IMG/VR virus record: IMGVR_UViG_3300029258_003681
Direction: 5' to 3' (one strand)
Source: a virus
DNA length: 64,000 nucleotides
Part shown: positions 25,359 through 32,405 of the stretch, piece after piece
Layout of the letters: the number at the start of each line of letters is the position of its first letter
Numbering within the stretch: the stretch's first letter is position 1
Notes under the pieces: model-generated
Seen by the model: the letters and a program-made list of their open reading frames with translations, nothing else
Told to the model about the DNA's origin: nothing
The model's database searches: none
Translations under genes and position numbers: made by a program

Positions 25359-25886
25359 ATGGCGAAGGGTGAATTTGGCAAGGTCACTGTCGAGCGTGAA
25401 TATACAAAAAGGTCTCCGACCCTCTATACTCTCGTGGTCAAGGATGCGAAGGGAAAAGTGCTGAAGAAGTCCGATCGTCAGATGGACATTTCAGTGTGGC
25501 TCTCGAAGCACGGGTACAAGGGGATTCATCATTACCTCAAGAAGAACGAGGGAGAGGATGGCAATACGATGAAGGAAATTATCGAGAAAAAGCTGGAAGA
25601 GAAGCGAAAGGTCGGTCCCGACGACTATTCCAAGCCAGACCCCAAGGAGGCCAAGCGCCTCATAAAGTTCATGGATAAGATCGACGAGGTGGGGAGGTGG
25701 GCCGACGAGAAGTACAGCCGATTCAAGAAGAACAAAAATCTGTTTGACATGCCCGACGGTGACGGCGAGATGGTGGCGGATCTCTTCCAGAAGATTACGG
25801 ATACGACTGACGAATTGCTGACGACGCTGGAGTTCCAGAAGATGGTGCTCCAGGGTCGTGATCCGCAGACGGGGAGGAAGATGTAA
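25359..25886 (+). CDS. Hypothetical, with internal MKEIIEKKLEE restart at 25569
   Basis: GAGGAGG RBS before 25359; second in-frame ATG at 25569 preceded by GGAGAGGA. Confidence 0.55.
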   Translation: MAKGEFGKVTVEREYTKRSPTLYTLVVKDAKGKVLKKSDRQMDISVWLSKHGYKGIHHYLKKNEGEDGNTMKEIIEKKLEEKRKVGPDDYSKPDPKEAKRLIKFMDKIDEVGRWADEKYSRFKKNKNLFDMPDGDGEMVADLFQKITDTTDELLTTLEFQKMVLQGRDPQTGRKM

Positions 25887-26251
25887 TGACACTCTCGGTA
25901 TCAACACAAGTTGCTCCAGTCGGGACGAAGTTGGTCAAGGAGACGGATGCCAACGCAACGGCACAGACCTCTGTGACGGGTGCGGCTGGGACGATCTACA
26001 TGATCGATGTTGACAACACTGGGAATCCAGCTGATGTGGCCTATCTGAAGATCTACGATGATGCGGCTCCGACCGTGGGGACCACTGATCCCGACTTCAT
26101 CTTAAAGGTTCCTGTCAATCAGCGGCGCCAGATAGTCTGCCCTGACGGTCTCGATTTCGCGGACCTTTCGTTTGCGGTGGTTACGGCCCCTGGTACGCCA
26201 GGAACGACGGCGCCGACCAACCCCGTGATCGTGCAGATGGTCACGTCATAG
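25886..26251 (+). CDS. Small beta-rich virion protein (decoration-like)
   Basis: GTIYMIDVDN...YLKIYDDAAPTVGTTDPD; Thr/Ala/Pro-rich jelly-roll-like pattern. Confidence 0.5.
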   Translation: MTLSVSTQVAPVGTKLVKETDANATAQTSVTGAAGTIYMIDVDNTGNPADVAYLKIYDDAAPTVGTTDPDFILKVPVNQRRQIVCPDGLDFADLSFAVVTAPGTPGTTAPTNPVIVQMVTS

Positions 26252-26280
26252 AACGGCTACCGCTTCGTCGCGTCTCCTAG

Positions 26281-26308
26281 TTGACAAACGCACACAATGC
26301 TTTATAGT
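26281..26308 (+). promoter_or_regulatory. Sigma70-type promoter at late/early boundary
   Basis: TTGACA-16 nt-TATAGT. Confidence 0.7.
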
Positions 26309-26349
26309 ACTCCTGATGGTCGGGGTGATCTCGGCAGAAGGAGGAGTTC

Positions 26350-26562
26350 ATGACTAGAGACGAGGTGGCGGCCCTGGTCCACCGTGTGGCGCGGGAGGTT
26401 GTTGGGGGCCTGGGCATTGTAGATCCTGAGAGGGTCGACGACAGGGCCGTTGGGCTGGCCTACGATCGCTTGTGGGAGGTGGACAAGCTCGCGGTTGAGC
26501 TGCATACCGATCGGTTCAAGGTGAAGTCGGCTCTTCAATTGGCTGCGAGGGATTGTGCATGA
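26350..26562 (+). CDS. Hypothetical protein
   Basis: GGAGGAG RBS downstream of promoter at 26281. Confidence 0.6.
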   Translation: MTRDEVAALVHRVAREVVGGLGIVDPERVDDRAVGLAYDRLWEVDKLAVELHTDRFKVKSALQLAARDCA

Positions 26563-27128
26563 AGCGTTTTGACAGGCGCCCGATGGACCGTTTTGTGCGA
26601 GTGATTCCTTCGGAGATCTCTCCTTGTGTGTTTTTGGATGACAAGCCTCCTCTAGAAGAGATGATGACCCGTGCCGAGGCGTTATATTTGTATGAGATCT
26701 GGATTGATCCGTTGGAGCATCGCTACAAGGATCCGTGTTTTATTCATACCGAGTATGGGGCAGTGCGGGTCAAGGCGGACCCTGTAATTCCTGACAAGGA
26801 TCAGGTCTTGTTACGGAAGCTTGTAGTGCTTGTTGAGCATCCGTCGTCGAATCCTCACGAGCGAGAGAATGCGAAGAAACGGATCGAGGAGATTGGTGTC
26901 CGCTTAGAGGAAGAGATGGATCTGGAGTTTTTGAATATCGATCGCAAGGAGCTGTATCTCGACAACTTTGAAATATTGTGCGAGGGGAGATGTGGTTTAC
27001 TCCAGGGGGATATGCACGAGGCATTGTTTGTCTATGCTCGGACGTCTGAGGAAGCGGATGAATGGATGAATGTGGCGCAATTCTCGGCCGATAACTATGT
27101 GAAGATCCCGAGGAGGTTGACGGCATGA
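26559..27128 (+). CDS. Hypothetical with DUF2786-like helical module
   Basis: RKLVVLVEHPSSNPHERENAKKRIEEI. Confidence 0.5.
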   Translation: MKRFDRRPMDRFVRVIPSEISPCVFLDDKPPLEEMMTRAEALYLYEIWIDPLEHRYKDPCFIHTEYGAVRVKADPVIPDKDQVLLRKLVVLVEHPSSNPHERENAKKRIEEIGVRLEEEMDLEFLNIDRKELYLDNFEILCEGRCGLLQGDMHEALFVYARTSEEADEWMNVAQFSADNYVKIPRRLTA

Positions 27129-29080
27129 AGGATGAAATAATTCTCAAGGAAAAAGTCGCCGAAGAGATGCCACGGGAGTCCAGGGAGGAGGATCCATCTG
27201 TCGGAAAATGGTACTGGATTACTGATGATGACGGCGATCGATGGCTTGGTTGCGTTACGCATATGGGCTCGAACTATGTCAAGATGACAAGTACTTATGG
27301 GGGGGATAGACGGATCCATTTTGACAACTTTTGGAAGTGGTGTGAGTACGTTCCAGATGCGTTGGAAATTGTCCACGAGAAGACGGAGGAGTGTCGGGCG
27401 AGGATTGGCGAACTGACGAATGAAGTGCAACTGCTCACATCGAGACTTGGCGTGGCTCCGTCCTTGGCGCTATCGGAGAGATCTGACACGGAGGCTCTGG
27501 CGGTTCGAGCGGGTGAGCCGATGCCAGAATATCGCGAAGCTCTGGTGAAGGCCAAGAAGGATAAGTTGCCTGCGTTGTTTGAAGAGATCAAGAAGACCAG
27601 CGAGAAAATGGAGAGGTGGCTCAAGGCCGAGGCGATCCCTCTGAAGGCTGCTCGTGACAAGATGGATTCTCTTATCAACAGTGTGGATCGTCGAATTCTT
27701 GCGGTCGATTTGTACGCGGGGTTGAGCGAGGAGGCGGCGCTCGTTCGGGATGGCGAGCCAGCGGAGATGACCGAGCCTATTCGTTTGTTGCAGCGCAGGC
27801 ATTATATGGACGAAGAATGTCTGGCTCAATATCGACATGGCGGCATGGAATTCAAGGACATCGAGGCTTTCGATGGGTGGCTTGCTTCAGACGAGAATCG
27901 AGAGCGAATCCTACCATTTCCACGGTGTATGGTGGCGTTCCAGGTTCGTCGTAAGAGAAAGGAGCGTCATGGCTCTTCGCTATCTGACTTCATCAGGATT
28001 ATGGAATTGGAGAAGCTTGACACTGTGACTTTTCTTTATATTCGCAACGGTGATCAGGTTTGGCGTGTAAATACGAAGATTGATTTCGGCGAGAGGCTGT
28101 TTCCCGACAGCGATCGTCAGCTCATTTCTAGCGGAAATAAATTATGGGCGAAGGTTGATTGGAAGGGAGTAAAAGGCTTTATATCCGATGATAGGTATCG
28201 ATATTTACGGGAGGAAGATGCGCGTAATCTTTGGGCGTGGCGGGCGGAAAAAAAGAAGTGGGATGCGGAGGAAGCAGCAGGGATGGGCAGGGATGATCAT
28301 AGTTTTTTTCCTCCGAGCCGTCCTGACAGACAGAGCGAGGATTATCGAGCGTTTGTTCCTGATGATCTCTATTACGATGATATGATGACGAAGCTCAGTA
28401 ATGATATCGAAGAGCACAATCGAGTTGTGATGATTCTCCAGGGCTTGATTGATCGCTCGGAGGTTTTGCATCCTCATCCACCCTGGAAGATCTGGACGGC
28501 GGATGGTTTTCAGCAGGCGATTCGATTGGTTTACGATCAGGATCGAGCGTTGGTTGCTGGGGAGAAGCCCGATTTTGAAGCATATCGCAAGAAGTTGAAC
28601 GAGTCGCTCGGGGTGGGATCTATTACGATCGGTCAGGAGAGGGCGTGGATGATCAAGGAGGCAAAACGGGAGAATGCGCGGAGGGATAGAAATTGGCGCA
28701 GGAGGGATGAGCGGTATGTTAAATTGTACTCACCGTATGGCAATCCTGGCCCTGGGTATTTGGCCGAGGTTGTGAAGTTTATGCCTCGTGCGAGGAAGTG
28801 TACCTACCACTGGAAGCGCGACCGCCTTACCTATGATTACAGTTCATGGGGGCGCGAGAAGGATCCGCACATTCATGCGCAGATTACTTGCAAGGATACA
28901 GACTTGATAAACGTGAGTGCATACAAGCCTGGGGATTTCAGGAGGTTTTTTGACGATCCGAGGACGCGCGCTGAGTATCTGGAGTGGGCTCCCATGCTGC
29001 TGATGGCCGAGGAGTACCACGCTGGCAACAGGACGGTCGGCACTGGAAAGGGGTCTAAGGAGGATAATGATGGGGATTGA
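27125..29080 (+). CDS. Large hypothetical protein, N-terminal coiled coil
   Basis: 651-aa ORF with ATGA overlap; no recognisable catalytic motif. Confidence 0.7.
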   Translation: MKDEIILKEKVAEEMPRESREEDPSVGKWYWITDDDGDRWLGCVTHMGSNYVKMTSTYGGDRRIHFDNFWKWCEYVPDALEIVHEKTEECRARIGELTNEVQLLTSRLGVAPSLALSERSDTEALAVRAGEPMPEYREALVKAKKDKLPALFEEIKKTSEKMERWLKAEAIPLKAARDKMDSLINSVDRRILAVDLYAGLSEEAALVRDGEPAEMTEPIRLLQRRHYMDEECLAQYRHGGMEFKDIEAFDGWLASDENRERILPFPRCMVAFQVRRKRKERHGSSLSDFIRIMELEKLDTVTFLYIRNGDQVWRVNTKIDFGERLFPDSDRQLISSGNKLWAKVDWKGVKGFISDDRYRYLREEDARNLWAWRAEKKKWDAEEAAGMGRDDHSFFPPSRPDRQSEDYRAFVPDDLYYDDMMTKLSNDIEEHNRVVMILQGLIDRSEVLHPHPPWKIWTADGFQQAIRLVYDQDRALVAGEKPDFEAYRKKLNESLGVGSITIGQERAWMIKEAKRENARRDRNWRRRDERYVKLYSPYGNPGPGYLAEVVKFMPRARKCTYHWKRDRLTYDYSSWGREKDPHIHAQITCKDTDLINVSAYKPGDFRRFFDDPRTRAEYLEWAPMLLMAEEYHAGNRTVGTGKGSKEDNDGD

Positions 29081-29465
29081 GTCTTTGATTGGAAAGAGAA
29101 GAGCGCAAAATATCAGGTGGGCCTTGGCGTTCATTCGCGAGGATGATTGGTTGTTTGACTACATCGAAGAGTTGCGCTCTGTGCGCACGTTGACGCTTGC
29201 AAATGGAACGGTGGTGCGCGTAGGGGATGTGCTTGTTACAGAGCGTGGGTATGTTTGGCTCATTACGGCGATCGGGGAGCGGTTGGCGATGGGTAGGATC
29301 ATCGAACGGAACGGCGAGCCTGCGAAGCATGATAGTTATACCCACGAACAACTGCTCGATTTGGCTGGTACACTGCTGCCCAATAAAGGTGAGCACTACT
29401 GGCGCCTTTGGTCGGAGGCATATCCCGATCGGCCTGTTCCGTCTGGGTCGAAAATTTCCTCTTGA
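29070..29465 (+). CDS. Hypothetical protein
   Basis: GGAGG RBS, overlaps previous stop. Confidence 0.55.
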   Translation: MGIESLIGKRRAQNIRWALAFIREDDWLFDYIEELRSVRTLTLANGTVVRVGDVLVTERGYVWLITAIGERLAMGRIIERNGEPAKHDSYTHEQLLDLAGTLLPNKGEHYWRLWSEAYPDRPVPSGSKISS

Positions 29466-29643
29466 CTTCCTGGGAAAGCATCTCCATCATTAGGGGCAGG
29501 AGACGAAAAATGGAAAAGCGTATCAAAAAAAGAAATCCGATGATTCGTAACGCGACCCCTACCACTGTGACCGCTCGGTTATGGTGTTCGTCCCTTCATT
29601 TGTATTCATCCCTACTCTTTAGTTAAGCCGCCTCCCTCAGTTC

Positions 29644-29732
29644 GGGGGATTGGCTGAATTGGCAAAGCGGCGCCCTGGAACGGCGTAGCCTGCGTTTTTG
29701 ATGCAGTCCAGGTTCGAATCCTGGATCCTCCG
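29644..29732 (+). tRNA. tRNA-Ser (GGA)
   Basis: GGGGGAT/ATCCTCC acceptor, GCGCC-CTGGAAC-GGCGT, long variable arm, CCAGG-TTCGAAT-CCTGG. Confidence 0.9.
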
Positions 29733-29734
29733 CA

Positions 29735-29750
29735 GCGAACTGGAGTTCGC
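29735..29750. repeat. 16-bp palindrome copy 4 (GCGAACTGGAGTTCGC)
   Basis: Directly after tRNA-Ser(GGA). Confidence 0.95.
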
Positions 29751-29753
29751 GGG

Positions 29754-29993
29754 ATGACGAGAACGATGAAAAAGAAGAATGCCAGATACAAACAGTGCTT
29801 GATCGGTCGGGAGACCGCTCGGTGGACCGCGTGGATCCCCGAGGCGCTGGCACGTGTCGGCAAGGTGATTGTGCCGAAGGGTGAAGGGCCTGCGTTGGTT
29901 TTGGAGGCTTACAGGGGCATTGCGCTTCGTCACGATGAATTGATGGATTTCTCGGAGGAGTACAAACATCACCGAGGAAGGACGGATATTTAA
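29754..29993 (+). CDS. Small hypothetical protein inside tRNA array
   Basis: 79-aa ORF, ARYKQCLIGRET...TAWIPE. Confidence 0.55.
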   Translation: MTRTMKKKNARYKQCLIGRETARWTAWIPEALARVGKVIVPKGEGPALVLEAYRGIALRHDELMDFSEEYKHHRGRTDI

Positions 29994-29995
29994 AA

Positions 29996-30080
29996 TGAGG
30001 ATTGACAGAGTTGGAATTGTGCCCGCCTCGAAAGCGGTGGCCGTCGTAATGGCGCGGGGGTTCGAATCCCTCATCCTCAG
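29996..30080 (+). tRNA. tRNA-Ser (CGA)
   Basis: TGAGGAT/ATCCTCA acceptor, CCCGC-CTCGAAA-GCGGT, long variable arm. Confidence 0.85.
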
Positions 30081-30082
30081 CT

Positions 30083-30158
30083 GTGGCCGTAGCTCAAGTT
30101 TTGGTAGAGCGCGGGATTGTGGCTCCCGTGGTTGGGGATTCGAATTCCCTCGGTCACT
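30083..30158 (+). tRNA. tRNA-His (GTG)
   Basis: GTGGCCG/CGGTCAC, GCTC/GAGC D stem, CGGGA-TTGTGGC-TCCCG. Confidence 0.9.
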
Positions 30159-30163
30159 CAACA

Positions 30164-30253
30164 GGAGGACTGGCAGAATTGGCATTGCGTCGGTCTTGAA
30201 AACCGTGGCTGTCCGTAAGCGCGGGCATGTGGGTTCGAATCCCACGTCCTCCT
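30164..30253 (+). tRNA. tRNA-Ser (TGA)
   Basis: GGAGGAC/GTCCTCC, loop CTTGAAA, long variable arm, GTGGG-TTCGAAT-CCCAC. Confidence 0.9.
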
Positions 30254-30258
30254 CTGAA

Positions 30259-30331
30259 GTCTCGGTGGCCGAGAGGCAAGGCATTCGGTTGCAACCCGAA
30301 ATGGACGTCGGTTCGACTCCGATCCGAGACT
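30259..30331 (+). tRNA. tRNA-Cys (GCA)
   Basis: GTCTCGG/CCGAGAC, TTCGG-TTGCAAC-CCGAA. Confidence 0.9.
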
Positions 30332-30334
30332 CAA

Positions 30335-30419
30335 GGAAGACTGCGCGAACGGTAAGCGACCGCACTGCTAATGCGAGGTCATCTGAAAGGGTGTGGGGGT
30401 TCGAATCCTCCGTCTTCCG
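30335..30419 (+). tRNA. tRNA-Ser (GCT)
   Basis: GGAAGAC/GTCTTCC, loop CTGCTAA, long variable arm, G discriminator. Confidence 0.9.
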
Positions 30420-30425
30420 CCGTAG

Positions 30426-30499
30426 GGGTGAGTGGTGTAATGGCAACACGCGTGGCCCCAGACCACGTTCTCAGGGTTCGAATCCTTGCTCACCTGCCA
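30426..30499 (+). tRNA. tRNA-Trp (CCA), C at position 33
   Basis: GGGTGAG/CTCACCT-G-CCA; CGTGG-CCCCAGA-CCACG. Confidence 0.8.
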
Positions 30500-30565
30500 G
30501 AAAAATGATTTTGCGCTGCAAGATTCGGCTCTGGCGGGTGGTACAATGGTGGCAGGAGGTAAGAG

Positions 30566-30730
30566 ATGGAGTGGAAAAACATGACGGAAGAGGAGAAGTT
30601 GAAATTGGCCGAGCAGACACAATCTGTATTGAAAACGATGACGAAAGAAGAAGAGGAGCGATTGAAGTCCTTGTTCAACATCGAGGAGGAAGATGCGCCC
30701 ATGGTCCAACGGCAGAGGCATCAGATTTAA
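30566..30730 (+). CDS. 54-aa acidic ORF whose 3' end overlaps tRNA-Leu(TAA); not in ORF track
   Basis: AGGAGG RBS, MEWKNMTEEEKLKLAEQ...; stop is the TAA anticodon. Confidence 0.5.
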   Translation: MEWKNMTEEEKLKLAEQTQSVLKTMTKEEEERLKSLFNIEEEDAPMVQRQRHQI

Positions 30731-30767
30731 GATCTGAGGGTTCCAGGTTCGAATCCTGGTGGGCGTA
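30695..30767 (+). tRNA. tRNA-Leu (TAA), short variable arm
   Basis: GCGCCCA/TGGGCGT-A; TCAGA-TTTAAGA-TCTGA; variable GGGTT. Confidence 0.85.
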
Positions 30768-30771
30768 CCGA

Positions 30772-30844
30772 GCGACTGTGGCCCAACGGCAGAGGCGTCG
30801 GTTTCAAGAACCGAAAGTTGGTGGTTCGAATCCACTCAGTCGTA
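30772..30844 (+). tRNA. tRNA-Leu (CAA), short variable arm
   Basis: GCGACTG/CAGTCGT-A; TCGGT-TTCAAGA-ACCGA; variable AAGTT. Confidence 0.85.
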
Positions 30845-30849
30845 CTCAT

Positions 30850-30922
30850 GGGAGGGTACCCCAACGGCAGAGGGGTCCGGTTGAGGGCCGGTTCAGTGAG
30901 GGTTCGAATCCCTCCTCTCCCA
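30850..30922 (+). tRNA. tRNA-Leu (GAG), short variable arm
   Basis: GGGAGGG/CTCTCCC-A; loop TTGAGGG; variable TCAGT. Confidence 0.85.
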
Positions 30923-30930
30923 CAAAATAT

Positions 30931-31001
30931 GGCTTCGTAGCTGAGGGGTTTAGCACTGGCCTGAAGAGCCGGAGACACTGGGTCGACTCCAGTCGAAGCC
31001 A
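30931..31001 (+). tRNA. tRNA-Phe (GAA)
   Basis: GGCTTCG/CGAAGCC-A; CTGGC-CTGAAGA-GCCGG; T loop GTCGACT (non-canonical first base). Confidence 0.8.
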
Positions 31002-31084
31002 CCGAGATATCAATTTGTCACATTTTGATATCAAATTGATACATGCAATAGCATGCGATTATATGCTGGAGCATGTCGTTATAT

Positions 31085-31161
31085 GCCCGCGTAGGCCAAT
31101 TGGCAGAGTCGTTCGGTTCAGGACCGAAATGTTGGTGGTTCGAGTCCACTCGCGGGTACCA
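31085..31161 (+). tRNA. tRNA-Leu (CAG), short variable arm, encoded CCA
   Basis: GCCCGCG/CGCGGGT-A-CCA; TTCGG-TTCAGGA-CCGAA. Confidence 0.9.
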
Positions 31162-31162
31162 T

Positions 31163-31249
31163 GGGAAGTGATTTAAGGCAGGCTGGGCCTGCGATGGGCT
31201 GTAACCCCGTTCCTCCACGAGGCGAGTGGTTCGATTCCACCGCTTCCCA
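31163..31249 (+). tRNA. tRNA-Tyr (GTA), atypical D arm
   Basis: GGGAAGT/GCTTCCC-A; ATGGG-CTGTAAC-CCCGT; long variable arm; GTGG-TTCGATT-CCAC. Confidence 0.7.
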
Positions 31250-31729
31250 CTACATGAAGATCTTTTTGAGCGTAGCGCGTAGGATGCTCTTGTCGGTTCC
31301 TTTGTTGAGCGCCAGGGCGTCTGTGACCTGTTGCTCGATCGGTTCGTCTCCAAGGCAATAGTAGTTCTGGGTATCTCCCGTGGCAGGACTTGTGGCGAGT
31401 TCGAGAAGAAGGGCGAGATCCAGGATGTCAGACTCGATTTCGAATATTAGAGCTGCACGTGCTTCTTCTCTGGTTTGGTAGATGGAGAGATCATCGTAGT
31501 CGAATCGGTATGGTACTTTTTCTTTGTTGATGGGGTCGTCGATTACGATTCCTTCTGCCGCGAGGTATGTTCCAACGGAGGGGATCTCTCTCTCTGTGAC
31601 TTTGGTGACCTCTAGCGTCTGGATTGCTCCTTCTCCTGTGTTTGACTGCAAGTCGGTGGCGTAGGCTGTTATCCCAGGCTTCAGCCAGTCCATGTTTCTT
31701 TCTTCGTCAGCCGTGTGTCGTTTGATCAT
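31250..31729 (-). CDS. Hypothetical protein
   Basis: Last gene of leftward block; AAGGAG RBS. Confidence 0.6.
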   Translation of the reverse strand: MIKRHTADEERNMDWLKPGITAYATDLQSNTGEGAIQTLEVTKVTEREIPSVGTYLAAEGIVIDDPINKEKVPYRFDYDDLSIYQTREEARAALIFEIESDILDLALLLELATSPATGDTQNYYCLGDEPIEQQVTDALALNKGTDKSILRATLKKIFM

Positions 31730-31739
31730 TTTTTCTCCT

Positions 31740-32405
31740 TTACTCGGTGAATTCGATATAGTGTTTTTTTAGGCATTTGCGGACAATATTTGTGGCTTCG
31801 TCGCTTCCTAGCATCCTTTTCAATCCACGCATTGACCACCATGTTGCAACATCGCGGAGCTTCTTGACGTTCATGTTTTTCAGAGGCACCATGATGTTCT
31901 TTGGGAGTCTTGCGTCCTCGATCGATATATTTTGGAACGCATCCATTCCTTTTTTTCGAAGATTGATGACTCGGTATCCTGGGTCCGACTCCATCAGACG
32001 TCGATGCTCTCGGAGTTGTTCTTCTCGTTCTTTCTTGTACTTCTCACGAAAAAACAAAGACCCCAGTTTTTTTACTGTGTTGACACTGATTTTGTGTTTT
32101 CTGGCAAGTCCTGCCTGTGTTTCTCCGTCGCGTAGTCCTTTCTCAATGACCTTTTCCGATGGCATTGGGTTGCAATTGACTGGGTGACAAAATTTCCTCT
32201 GGCTTTTCCCGAGAGCTGTGAATTTTTTCCCGCACTTCAGGCATGATCGCTCTTCGGGTGTATGTGCTCTTGTTTTATTATGTATCTTTTTGCTGATCCT
32301 GGAGAGGTAGTCGGCGGCATCGTACATCCCCTCGCGGTTGGCGATAGGGATCAGATCTTTCAGCTGGTCGTGTAGAGAATCCTGTCTCTGTGGTTTGCGG
32401 CTCAT
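31740..32405 (-). CDS. Zn-finger + HTH + RNA polymerase alpha-CTD-like protein
   Basis: CLKCGKKF..KFCHPVNC; ETQAGLARKHKISVNTVKKL; ISIEDARLPKNIMVPLKNMNVKKLRDV..LKRMLG. Confidence 0.55.
   Translation of the reverse strand: MSRKPQRQDSLHDQLKDLIPIANREGMYDAADYLSRISKKIHNKTRAHTPEERSCLKCGKKFTALGKSQRKFCHPVNCNPMPSEKVIEKGLRDGETQAGLARKHKISVNTVKKLGSLFFREKYKKEREEQLREHRRLMESDPGYRVINLRKKGMDAFQNISIEDARLPKNIMVPLKNMNVKKLRDVATWWSMRGLKRMLGSDEATNIVRKCLKKHYIEFTE

Noticed and set aside
31163-31249. tRNA-Sec
   Set aside because: The 6-bp D stem is suggestive, but the anticodon is GTA, the acceptor stem is 7 bp and no sel genes are seen
29637-31353. Long ORFs over the tRNA array (29995..31176 +, 29637..30449 - and others)
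   Set aside because: They overlap well-formed tRNA cloverleafs and have no protein-like composition
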